DNA from: Diplonema japonicum
Lineage: Eukaryota > Protista > Euglenozoa: Diplonemea
Length of the DNA: 64,000 bases
Reading direction: 5' to 3'
NCBI GenBank assembly: GCA_964019335.1
Contig: OZ025652.1
Location: 744,001 to 808,000, forward strand
A program made the translations under genes and the position numbers. The notes under the pieces are model-generated. The model saw only the letters and a list, made by a program, of their open reading frames with translations, made no database searches and had not been told where the DNA came from. Position 1 is the stretch's first letter, and every line of letters starts with the position of its first letter. Positions 1 through 10,178 of the stretch are shown here, piece after piece.

Positions 1-1560
1 AGTGATTAAGGACACGATGCAGAATGCAGAAGAAGCTACAACCCAGCTGCAGTGCACCCCCTGTAATCAAGTAGACAGTTCTTGTGCAGGGCACTGCCAA
101 CACCGGCCTCCTTTAACTCTTGTATATTATTCCAAAGGTGGTGGGGATAGCATGAAAAAACATCAGATGTGTTGTTCACTGTTGACCTCCTCATTGGTCA
201 TCACCAGTAGCTCCCGAGTGGAAGAACATAATGCAGATGCTTAGGGTGACAAACAGGCAGCAAACTACACCACACACATTAAAGACATGACACAGAATGC
301 AGAAGAAGCTACAACTCAGTTGTGGTGCACCCCTGTAATCAAGCAGACAGTTCTTGTGCAGGGCACCACCAACACTGGCCTCTTTTAACTCATATATATA
401 TCATTCAGGTGGTGGGGATAACATGGAAATATAAGAAGTACATCAGATGTGTTGTTTGCTGTTGACCTCCATGTTGGTCATCACCAGTAGTGCCCAAGTG
501 GAGAACATAATGCAGATGCTCAGGGTGATGAATTGGCAGCAAACTGCATGAGTGCAGAATCTTGGTTACCCCAGGTTGCTATGGCTGGGGTTAAGCTGCA
601 CACTGCACACATTAAGAACACAACACAGAACACAGAAGAAGCTACAACTCAGCTGCAGTGCCCCCCTGTATCAAGTTAACAGTTCTTGTGCAGGCACCAC
701 CAACACAATGAACAGGCATTTCCTCCATCCACTTGGCCGGTCATCACCTGTAGCACCCTGAGTGGAAGAACAAATTGCAGATGCTCAGGGTGAGTAAACT
801 ACTTAGGGCACCAGCTGGGGTTGAGCTGCACACTGCATGCATTAAGGACATGACACGGAATGCAGCAGCAGCCAAGGTGCACCCCCTGTCACTGGTCTCC
901 TTTACCTCTTTCATGTTATTTGGTGGTGGGGATCACAGAAATATGGAAATATAAGAAGTACATCAGATGTGTTGTTTGCTGTTGACCTCCATGTTGGTCA
1001 TCACCAATTGTGCCCGAGTGGAGGAACATATTGCAGATGCTCAGGGTGATGAACTGGCAGCAAACTACACAGGCCCAGAATCTTGGTTACCAGGGCCATG
1101 GCTGGTGTTGAGCTGCACACTGCACACATTAAGGACACAACACAGAATATTGTGCTGTCAGTGTTGTGGTGATATAGTCACCACTTTCAACCTTGATGAT
1201 GCAAAGAGGAAAAAAAAGGGGGGGGGGGGAAACTACTTTGACACTCCATTTGTTTGTGTGCATGAGCAGAATTTTACCTAATAAAATAGCTCATTATGCT
1301 GCCATCAACTAGTTTTTAGTCTTGACAATAATATTGTTAAAACAAAAAAAAAAGTAAGGAATTCCCTGTTCCACCAAGTTCCGGTTTTGCCATTCTGCCA
1401 AGTTCCGACTTTCAGTTTGGCAGAAGGGAATGGAACAACCCAATCCTGCACAAGCAGAATCTTGGTTACCCAGGACACCCCGGCTGGGGTTGAGCTGAAC
1501 ACCACACACATTAAGGACACAACACAGAATGCAGAAGAAGCTACAACTCAGCTGTGGTGT
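1..1560. repeat. Degenerate tandem repeat of about 250-330 bp units (at least 4 near-complete copies plus partial copies near 1130, 1500 and 2660-2820)
   Basis: Recurring blocks: cacattaaggacac..cagaatgcagaagaagctacaac(c/t)cagctg, gacagttcttgtgcagggcac, ggtggtggggata, catcagatgtgttgtt..ctgttgacctcc, gcagatgctcagggtga. Copies are TG/CA-rich and share no credible ORF. Confidence 0.85.
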
Positions 1561-1569
1561 ACCCCCTGT

Positions 1570-1944
1570 GTCCTTTAACTCATATATCTCTCACCACAGC
1601 CAGGTTGTAGCTTCTTCTGTGTTCCACATTGATCACCACAGCTGGGTTGTATTACATCCAAATACAACATTTCCAGACATTTGTACATACCTGCAGCTGC
1701 AGTGCACCAGAGTAGATAGGTGCAAATGGCTTGATGGAGCTGTGCATGTCTGTGGTATGAAGAAGAAGAAAAAGAAAAAAAAAAAAAAAAATCATTGTCC
1801 AAAAATATTTGAAAAAAAAGTGTTTGCAGGTGTGTCAAAAATTGCAGAAAATTTTTGAGTCTGGTCAGTCTGGCTGATCTGGTCAGTCTGGTCAGTCTGG
1901 TAAAATGGGTACACCAGACTGGACCGGATTCACCCATCACTGCC
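1570..1944. repeat. About 370-bp dispersed repeat, copy A (copy B at 3585-3956)
   Basis: Alignable by eye from gtcctttaactcatat to cacccatcactgcc. Contains an A-rich tract and (ctggtcagt)n subterminal-type repeats. Confidence 0.9.
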
Positions 1945-3182
1945 ACTGGCTCCTTTTTTTCTGCTGCTTCAGTATTTTGAAGTCTTTTGGGGTGCTTGGG
2001 TAAGCTGACTAAGTTACCCTTACCCACAGAAGAGTTACCCACAGAAACTGGGAACAAGGCCTAGCCAAAAGTGGGCAAATTGGGAGGAAAAAGTAGTCCA
2101 ACTTGGAACTGAGCTGAGGCAAAAGTTGGCCAATTGAGCTGAACCTGGGGGGAAATAGCAAACTGAGAGGAAAAAGTAGCCCCACTGGGAACCGAACCGA
2201 GGCAAAAATTGGCCCACCAAGGCATATTATTTAACAGAAACCCCCTATTACTTCACGGAAAACAGGCCATTATTTCACCATGAAGTAATGAGATTTAGCA
2301 TGAAGCAATGGGCCCCCCAGTGCGTGAAGTAATTTCTGAAGAGTGAAATAAAAAAAAAAAGAAAAGAAAGAAAAAAAAAAGAAAAATGTAACCCAAGGCA
2401 AAACTTGTAGATAAAGACCCCACAAATGTGCAGTATGAGTTGCTCACCCCCTACCCAAAAGTGAGCAAAGCATCCATTAAAGAAAAGCAAGCCAGGATAG
2501 ACTTGTGTACCCTTTTTTCACTCCTCTTCACTTTCACCCACCCAGGCCCCACCCACCCCTACCCCTACCCAACTTCCATCCCAGAGTACAAAATTTGGCA
2601 AATTTGGGTTGGTCCTGTTAATGGGTTTACTCAGCACTGAACTACTGGACAACAAATTCTAATTTAGGTGGTGGGGATAACATGAAAATATAAGAAAAAC
2701 ATCAGATGTGTTGTTCACTGTTGACCTCCTCATCAGTCATCATAGCAGTGTGCCCCCCTGTAATCAAGTAGACAGTTCTTGTGCAGGGTGCTGCCAACAC
2801 TGGCCTCCTTTAACTCATATATAATTTAACCATCCCAGCTTTTGAGAAAATGAGGAAACTGATTTGTTGACATACAGCACTACCTCACCTTTGACAACCT
2901 GGAAACATCAGTAAGGCCTGAAACTGCACCTCATGCATAGGTTTCTTGACATCATTGTCAACCAGTGTAGGACTGTGTGGATCCCTGGCAGTGGTTGTCT
3001 GTTGATGACAGTGCTATCCCAACAAGTGTTCTCATCTGAATCTGGCACCTGGAATTGAAAATTTAAGTACCGTTTACCCTTTCCTTCCTATGGTTGCATG
3101 CTGCCCTTTTTTTAAGTATTCAAAGCAACAAGGAAAATGGGGGGGGTACCACAGATAGGCTCTGGGCGTTTAGGGGATAAAG

Positions 3183-3218
<36 letters not shown>

Positions 3219-3956
3219 AACAGTCAGCACCCCCATGCACACTGAAATTTTATCGAGTTTTTCTCTTTTTTTTTTCTTTTTTTTTCTGTATGTGTGCATT
3301 GTGACACCCGCTTTTCCGTGCAGCATAGTGGTACATGTTATAAAACACGTGCTGTGTTGTGCACCCTGTGTTGCATACATCGTGTGGAACGTCAGGTATG
3401 CGAAATATGGTGTAAAATATGTCACAACACACCATGTGGTGTGGTCGAAAATTCGTGGTATTGGGGTGGTTTGTGGGCCAGACCGGCCGGACCCCTCAGA
3501 CCCCTCAGACCGGTCGTTTTTTTTACCGGGTTCCAGACCGGTCTGGTCCAGACTACCGGTCTGGCCCAACACTGTCTTGTGCAGGTCCTTTAACTCATAT
3601 ATCTCTCACCACAGCCAGGTTGTAGCTTCTTCTGCGTTCCGCGTCGATCACCACAGCCGGGTTGTATTACATCCAAATACAACATTTCCGGACATATGTA
3701 CATACCTGCAGCTGCAGTGCACCGGAGTAGATAGGTGCAAATGGCTTGATGGAGCTGTGCATGTCTGTGGTATGAAGAAGAAGAAAAAGAAAAAAAAAAA
3801 AAAAGCAGAAAAAAAAAAAATTCATTGTCCAAAAATATTCGAAAAAAAAGTGTTTGCAGGTGTGTCAAAAATTGCAGAAAATTTTCGAGTCCGGTCAGTC
3901 CAGTCAGTCCAGTAAAATGGGTACACCAGACCGGACCGGATTCACCCATCACTGCC
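1850..3956. mobile_element. Probable remnants of non-autonomous DNA transposons (hAT-like ends)
   Basis: Three or four segments end in related termini: cccatcactg (1933-1942, 3945-3954), cccaacactg (3565-3574), ctcagcactg (about 2630-2639), i.e. reverse-complement CAGTG(A/T/C)TG(G/A)G. Short subterminal repeats lie inside them (ccagaccgg, ggtcagt, gaggaaaaagtag). No transposase, paired TIR or TSD found. Confidence 0.4.
3585..3956. repeat. About 370-bp dispersed repeat, copy B (CpG-retaining copy)
   Basis: Matches 1570-1944 except for CpG transitions, one other substitution and tract-length differences. Confidence 0.9.
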
Positions 3957-4681
3957 CTCAGCTGAAAAATGAGACAAGAGGGGAATGGTCAGTCAAAAAA
4001 AGAAGAACACAAGCAAATCATAGCTTGCTAGTTTTTAACAGGTGCTTCCTCACCTTTTGGGGAGGGGGTGAGTACTCATACCACAAAATTGTGAGTCCTT
4101 TATCTACAAGTATTTGCCAAAAAATAGAAGTGGGTTTTTTACCTCTTCTCCTTTCCTTTTTTTTTCTTTCCCCTTTTCCTCATAAAACACAAATGATAGA
4201 GGGAGGTAGGTGGGAGGGAGATGTTCCTGCCTTTGGCAGTGCCTAAGTGTTGATGTTGGGTGGTACTCGAGCTTGGATCTGCAGTGTAGGGTTATTCCAT
4301 GCTTTGGGATCGGCTCGGAGGGCTTGTTCCCTACCCCTGTGTCTCGCTTGCATGTTTCTTTTCCCTTTCATCTGCTTCTCCTCCCTTTTTCCCCCCTTGT
4401 CAATTCACTTTTTCACTACTGCTCTCTTTGGCTTCCTTCTGTTAACTCTACCCTCTCACCCTTGTGTATCTTTGTTTTTTGTTTACCATAGCTCACATTG
4501 GTTTCAGCCAAAGCTTACTTACAGGAGGTGCCATGTGAAGGCTGTGAGTTGGGCTTTAACCTCCCTTATATCCTTCTTTGTTTATTTATTCTGTTATATT
4601 TCTCATGCTTCTTCGAGTATTTTTCATTTCTGCTGTTTACTTGCACAGTTTTCCAATGATATCCTAGGAACAGAGCGGATC

Positions 4682-6577
4682 ATGCCGCCAAAAATGATGA
4701 AAGTGAAAAAAAGGTTGAAGTCTAAGAAAGAATGGTCTGCAGCACTTGGTGAGTCCCACCGTGAGGCACTGTCTGAGTATCAAGTAAAGTGTGATGCAGT
4801 GTGCTCTTTGAGCCTGCGTGAAGTAAAGTTAATTGGTGGACACCGTCGTTGCAAAGGATCACCTGAATCGGACTTTATTTCAACAGTGTTGACTTTTGTA
4901 TGCCAGGCGACAGGGCTGATTAAGGGAAAGGGTGACCAGTGGATGAACACTTCGACTCTACTGAGTACCAAAACAGAGAGCGTGGTGTCTGCAGTAGTCA
5001 ACTTACCTCCATCAAAAGTACCACCCAAGATGCGAGCTGTATTGAACATCCCTACACCACCAATAGCACTCCCCCATACAAGCAAGGTCCTTGTTTTCTA
5101 CGACTGGCTCAAATCCTTGAAGGTAGTTGCAAGTCTCATTCCAGAAGAATCACGAACTGAGCCTAAAGAGTCTAAAAAGGTCTCCATCACAACAGAGCAT
5201 GCAACCGCAAATGGCATCACTCGCTGTGCAGTCGACACGAGACCACTAGTGTCAGCCGAAGAACAGCAAAGAACCAAACTGGCTGTTGAAGAGCAGGAGA
5301 CCTGGGGAACAATGATACTAATCTTGCAAGGTGAATATGTTACTTACTTACAAAGCATGCGATTGTTACAGCAAACATGGGATCAACCTCAACCCCAGCC
5401 TAGCGTGCACCCTGTCGCTCCGAATTACGAACTTGAACCTAAGCCAGAACCAAAACCAAAACCACATAGACCCGAACCTGAGCTCAAGCCCATACTGAGG
5501 CCTGAACAAAAGCACACACATGTAGAACTGCAACCGGAACATGAAAAACAAGCGGAGGAACACCAACGGCTGCTGGAGCTGCAAATAAAAAGAAAACAAA
5601 TTGAAGATGAATTCCAAGAGGAAGAAGAGCTGGCCAAGGAGCGGCGGAGACGGCAGGCAGAGCTCGAAGCGGAGATACAAAAACGGGAAGCAGATCTGGC
5701 CGAAAAGGCACTTCAACTAGCTCGAAAGGAGGAGCAGCTTAGCGGGCAACTAGCCTTGGTATCAACAAAGTTGTCTCCTGTTGATGAGCAGTACTTTAGC
5801 CTTACTGAAGAAGTTTTGCGGGACAAGAGCGAGGCACAGGAATACGAATCACAGCAGATGGTTGCTGAAGTTATATCAGCAAGAAGGAGGAGAGAGGAAA
5901 GGTGGGCATTAGAAGAACACCTTTACTCTCAGCAACCGGAAACACATCTAAACGCTCAACCGAAGTACAGAGAAGTAAGTCGAGAAACAGCACGTGACTT
6001 CTCGCCCTCCCCTGTCCCAATTGCCCCCTATATGGAGGAGCGCACTATGGCAACGCATGCTGCTGCGTACTCACCCCCCGCTCACGAAATGCCCCCTGAC
6101 TCCGAAGCGACTTCTTGCTTTGGTGAAGAAGACATTCTTTTGCAGGCGTTGTGTACCTTAGCCTGGCAGCAAGACAGGTGCATTGCTGAGTGTTGCACAC
6201 TTCTGCGGATCTCCAAGCCCCCAGTGCCGTATATCCTGCAACAAGCTCTGCAAGTAGCAGAAACCTTTGATGACGATGTGTCTGAGATACCCAACAGCAA
6301 GCTCAGCCACGCACCAACCCCCGCTCCAGATGGCTCTTTATTAGTTCCTCGCTTGCAAGGTTGCTCAACTTCAAGTATAATTGTTTCAAAGCCACAGAGT
6401 AGATGGCGTCCATCGGTAGAAGAAGAAAGTGAACTCAAGCAAGCAATACGTGCCCAGCACTCGCAGCTCATAGATTACTCCCGGCGTTGCGAGGAGTCCC
6501 GCCTCATCGCGTCGCCCGACACTATTATTAACTCCGTACTCGAGAATGGCGCTCTGTCGGTCAGTGATGCTTGGTGA
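4682..6577 (+). CDS. Hypothetical coiled-coil protein (about 631 aa); N-terminus weakly resembles a dynein microtubule-binding stalk segment
   Basis: The track ORF 4247-6577 starts in a U-rich UTR. Likely start is the ATG at 4682 (MPPKMMK), just after the U-rich tract and AG. E/Q/R-rich heptad region and a PKPEP-rich linker. Confidence 0.7.
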   Translation: MPPKMMKVKKRLKSKKEWSAALGESHREALSEYQVKCDAVCSLSLREVKLIGGHRRCKGSPESDFISTVLTFVCQATGLIKGKGDQWMNTSTLLSTKTESVVSAVVNLPPSKVPPKMRAVLNIPTPPIALPHTSKVLVFYDWLKSLKVVASLIPEESRTEPKESKKVSITTEHATANGITRCAVDTRPLVSAEEQQRTKLAVEEQETWGTMILILQGEYVTYLQSMRLLQQTWDQPQPQPSVHPVAPNYELEPKPEPKPKPHRPEPELKPILRPEQKHTHVELQPEHEKQAEEHQRLLELQIKRKQIEDEFQEEEELAKERRRRQAELEAEIQKREADLAEKALQLARKEEQLSGQLALVSTKLSPVDEQYFSLTEEVLRDKSEAQEYESQQMVAEVISARRRREERWALEEHLYSQQPETHLNAQPKYREVSRETARDFSPSPVPIAPYMEERTMATHAAAYSPPAHEMPPDSEATSCFGEEDILLQALCTLAWQQDRCIAECCTLLRISKPPVPYILQQALQVAETFDDDVSEIPNSKLSHAPTPAPDGSLLVPRLQGCSTSSIIVSKPQSRWRPSVEEESELKQAIRAQHSQLIDYSRRCEESRLIASPDTIINSVLENGALSVSDAW

Positions 6578-6693
6578 CCTTTTGTTTTTTTCCTTGTTGT
6601 TTTGTATATCCCTCAACTTACCTGTTTATTCCACTGAGCTGACTCTGTTTTTTTGTTTGTTCAACCTTATCTCGCCAGGACACACATAAAAAG

Positions 6694-8886
6694 ATGGTAC
6701 AAGACACGCAAGACGGGCGCAAAGTTGAAGAAGAGAAAGAAGATGATGAATCGGAGCATCTGATGCGGTTCTGGACTTTGGCTCTCATCTTCATGGTGGC
6801 GGTGGCTGTGAGATTATTTTCGGTGCTGCGATACGAGGCTATTATCCACGAATTCGACCCATGGTTCAACTACAGGACAACTGCAAAACTAGTTGACGAT
6901 GGGATTTATGAGTTCTATTCGTGGTTCGATGTGGATGTGTGGTACCCCCTCGGAAGGATAGTGGGTGGCACTATCTACCCCGGTCTGATGGTTACGTCTA
7001 TGATCCTCTCAAAGTTGCTGCATTTAGTTAACTTCACGGTCTCGACAAGAGTTGTCTGCGTGTTCCTCGCACCTCTCTTTGCAGGTAACACGACTCTGAT
7101 CACTTACTGGTTTGCCAAGGAGGTTTGGAACAAACGAGCTGGTCTTCTTGCCGCTTTTTTCATTGCCATTGTCCCGTCGTACATCTCCAGGTCAGTTGCA
7201 GGGTCGTATGACAACGAAGGCGTTGCCATCTTCGCACTTGTTTCAGTGTTTGCCACTTTCGTGAAGGCTGTAAAGACTGGCTCCATGGCATGGGTCTTCA
7301 CTAGTGTGTTGACGTACTATTACATGGTGAACGCATGGGGTGGCTACATTTTCATCATCAACTTGCTGCCTTTGTACGTCATCGTCATGGTGCTTACAGG
7401 GAGATACAGCCTGAGGCTGCACGTTGCTTACTCCTCATTTTATGCACTCGCAACTTTGATGTGCATGCAGATCCACTTTGTTGGCTTCCAGGCCGTTCAG
7501 ACTGGTGAACATATGGCCGCTGCAGGAGTCTTCTTCGCGTTGCAGCTGTACGGATTCTCGGAGTTCTTGAGGGGGCATCTCTCCTCAGAGATGTTCACAC
7601 AGCTTATCACTATCCTAGCAGCCCTAGCAGGCAGTGTCGGGTTGGGTGCCGTCACTGTTGGTGTTGCAACAGGCTACATTGCCCCCTGGACTGGTAGGTT
7701 CTGGACACTGCTGGACCCTACATACGCAAAGATTCACATTCCGATCATTGCTTCCGTCTCGGAGCACCAGCCCACCACCTGGTCCACATACTTCTTCGAC
7801 CTCCACGTTCTTGCGTATCTCATTCCTGTCGGTGTTTACTTCTGCATGAAGCGCTTGACAGATGCCACGCTCTTCATCATTGTGTACGTCATGTCCACTG
7901 TCTATTTCAGCGGTGTCATGGTTAGGCTTATGCTCGTGTTGGCCCCCGCTGCTTGCATCACAGGTTCGATTGCCGCGTCTGAGATCCTTGACTCTTTCCT
8001 GGAGGCTTGCATATATCCTAAGAAGGAAGCCACGAAACAGAAGAAGCAAAAGAAGCAAGACGGCGAGGAAACTTACGAGATGATCGGCACCGGCTTCAGA
8101 TGGGCGTTCCTCGTGGGTTTGATCTGGACAATTCTGACCTACGTGATGCACAGCACATGGGCGGCCTCCGAAGCCTACTCGTCACCCAGTATCATCCTGC
8201 AGATGAGGGGGCACAACGGGGAAAGGATTATCTTTGATGACTTCAGGGAGGCCTACCAGTGGCTCAGGACCAATACAGACAGAGATGCTAAGATTATGTC
8301 GTGGTGGGACTACGGGTATCAGATTACAGGAATGTCCAACAGAACAGTGTTGGTGGACAACAACACTTGGAACAACACGCACATTGCGACAGTAGGGAAG
8401 GCTATGGCATCACGTGAGGATGTATCTTACCAGATTATGAAGAAGATGGATGTTGAGTTTGCGCTAGTTATCTTCGGTGGGATGGCAGGCTACTCATCTG
8501 ACGACATCAACAAGTTCCTTTGGATGGTGCGCATTGGTGGGACTCTTGACAACGACATCAACGAAGCTGACTACCTGTCGCAGAATGGCGAGTACACCAT
8601 GGCTGCAGGCGGTGGGCAGGCAATGCTCAACTCCCTGATGTATAAGATGTGCTACTACAGGTTTGGCGAGGACAAGATCAGCCCGCAAGCACCTACAGGC
8701 TACGACAGGGTGCGCAACTACGAAATTGGCAACAAAGACATCAAACTAACTCATATTGAGGAGGCATTTACCACAGAGCACTGGATCATACGTATCTACA
8801 GGGTCAAGAAGGAGCAGAACCGAAAGCCCACCCCACCTCCTGAAACACCGCTCATCCCCTCCTTCGCGACAGTCCCCAAACAGTAG
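6694..8886 (+). CDS. STT3: Oligosaccharyltransferase catalytic subunit STT3
   Basis: IIHEFDPWFNYR, AGSYDNE, SVSEHQPT, WWDYG, DNNTWNN and DINKF motifs; multi-TM; intronless. Confidence 0.98.
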   Translation: MVQDTQDGRKVEEEKEDDESEHLMRFWTLALIFMVAVAVRLFSVLRYEAIIHEFDPWFNYRTTAKLVDDGIYEFYSWFDVDVWYPLGRIVGGTIYPGLMVTSMILSKLLHLVNFTVSTRVVCVFLAPLFAGNTTLITYWFAKEVWNKRAGLLAAFFIAIVPSYISRSVAGSYDNEGVAIFALVSVFATFVKAVKTGSMAWVFTSVLTYYYMVNAWGGYIFIINLLPLYVIVMVLTGRYSLRLHVAYSSFYALATLMCMQIHFVGFQAVQTGEHMAAAGVFFALQLYGFSEFLRGHLSSEMFTQLITILAALAGSVGLGAVTVGVATGYIAPWTGRFWTLLDPTYAKIHIPIIASVSEHQPTTWSTYFFDLHVLAYLIPVGVYFCMKRLTDATLFIIVYVMSTVYFSGVMVRLMLVLAPAACITGSIAASEILDSFLEACIYPKKEATKQKKQKKQDGEETYEMIGTGFRWAFLVGLIWTILTYVMHSTWAASEAYSSPSIILQMRGHNGERIIFDDFREAYQWLRTNTDRDAKIMSWWDYGYQITGMSNRTVLVDNNTWNNTHIATVGKAMASREDVSYQIMKKMDVEFALVIFGGMAGYSSDDINKFLWMVRIGGTLDNDINEADYLSQNGEYTMAAGGGQAMLNSLMYKMCYYRFGEDKISPQAPTGYDRVRNYEIGNKDIKLTHIEEAFTTEHWIIRIYRVKKEQNRKPTPPPETPLIPSFATVPKQ

Positions 8887-9129
8887 GCGGCAGCCTATTC
8901 GAGGCAAGCTACACATAGCGTAACGTATACTACCTTTTTTTTGTTTTCTTTTATTATTTCTTTCCAGTGTAGAAAATTGTCTTGAGCCCACAACCCCCCC
9001 CCCCCCCCCCCCCCAGTGTGCTTCCACTATTTATCCCCACCCCTTTTTCTTGTTTAACCAGCTTTTGCAATTCTGCAGTGTGATTTTCTTTTCTTGTGTC
9101 CGTTTGCCCTGCTGTATCTTATTTGTAGG

Positions 9130-9645
9130 ATGAAGATATGCACAAGTAACGATGAATTCGTACAAGCCCAAATCAATATGATGCTGGTGGTGGAGAGTAT
9201 TTTTGGGTACTACGTGAACGGAGGGTTGCTAGTGCTGTTGACACGGCTCATGTATGTGTCTGTTGTAGGGGGGTGGCCCGTGGTAGGTGACGAGGCGAAG
9301 GGGTTTGTGGCATTTTCAAATATGTTGCTGGGGTTTGTGACATTTCTGAACTTAGGGTCGTTGTACTGGTGCTGGCGGGGGTTTGAGCCCGCACATCTAA
9401 TCACCTCATTCCACCGTCTCAGTGACACGATTACTTTCTCCCGTCTCCTCATCCTTGACCTCCTCATCTTCGCCCTTCAGTATCTCCTGATTGTTGCAAA
9501 GACAAAATACCCTGCACAGCGATCCCTACCTGACATCCCTGACGCTGGCCCTCTTCTCGATAGCATCACCCACCAACCCACCCCGCGCCTCTTCTTCCAC
9601 TCTGCTCTCCGACGTGTTCCCCCGTCGGACACAACTGCCTACTAA
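9130..9645 (+). CDS. Small multi-TM protein, DUF1746 (Dsc4/Vld1/Gld1)-like
   Basis: ATG after tttgtag. Hydrophobic segments with YYVNGGLLVLLTRL and LLILDLLIFALQ resemble the DUF1746 pattern (YY.D.S..l.lR ... ll..Dl.i..lQ). Confidence 0.5.
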   Translation: MKICTSNDEFVQAQINMMLVVESIFGYYVNGGLLVLLTRLMYVSVVGGWPVVGDEAKGFVAFSNMLLGFVTFLNLGSLYWCWRGFEPAHLITSFHRLSDTITFSRLLILDLLIFALQYLLIVAKTKYPAQRSLPDIPDAGPLLDSITHQPTPRLFFHSALRRVPPSDTTAY

Positions 9646-9734
9646 GCTTATGATTTTGTTCCACGTTATCCCCTTTTCTTTGTTATTCCTTTCTGCAAAA
9701 TTAAATACATAGTAGGGATCAGACTTTATATAAA

Positions 9735-10099
9735 ATGACCAAGGGTACTACATCCAGGGGTGAAAGGGGTCACCACTCCCACACACTGTGCCGCAGGTGC
9801 GGTAAGAGGTCGTTCCACACCCGTTTGTTGAGGTGTGCCTCATGCTCGTTCCCCAACCCCCGCATGAGGAGGTACCACTGGAGCGTCCAGGCTATCCGCA
9901 GGAGGTATGCTCACAACCCTACTTACCATTAACAACCTTTAACAGGACCACTGGTGCTGGTCGTATGAGGTACCTGAAGACTGTTGAGCGCAAGGCCAGC
10001 AACGGGTTCAGGGTATGCTACCAATGTTTATTTATGTTTATTTCACAACACCAACTGCAGGAGGGCACTGTCGCCAAGCGCCAGGTCAAGAAGAACTAG
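9735..10099 (+). CDS. RPL37: 60S ribosomal protein L37 (eL37), 3 exons; introns 9905-9945 and 10013-10060
   Basis: MTKGT..HTLCRRCG..CASC zinc finger. Splicing restores RRRTTGAGRMRYLK...GFREGT. Confidence 0.97.
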
Positions 10100-10178
10100 G
10101 TGAAGTAGTCCCCTTCTCCATCCCTTGCATCACCCCACCTTGTTTTCTTTATTCATATTTGTTGCAAACATCACAGGG

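Noticed and set aside
2-4491. Many short ORFs in the repeat block, including poly-Lys ones
   Set aside because: They come from repeats and homopolymers; frames differ between copies and there are no transposase or RT motifs.
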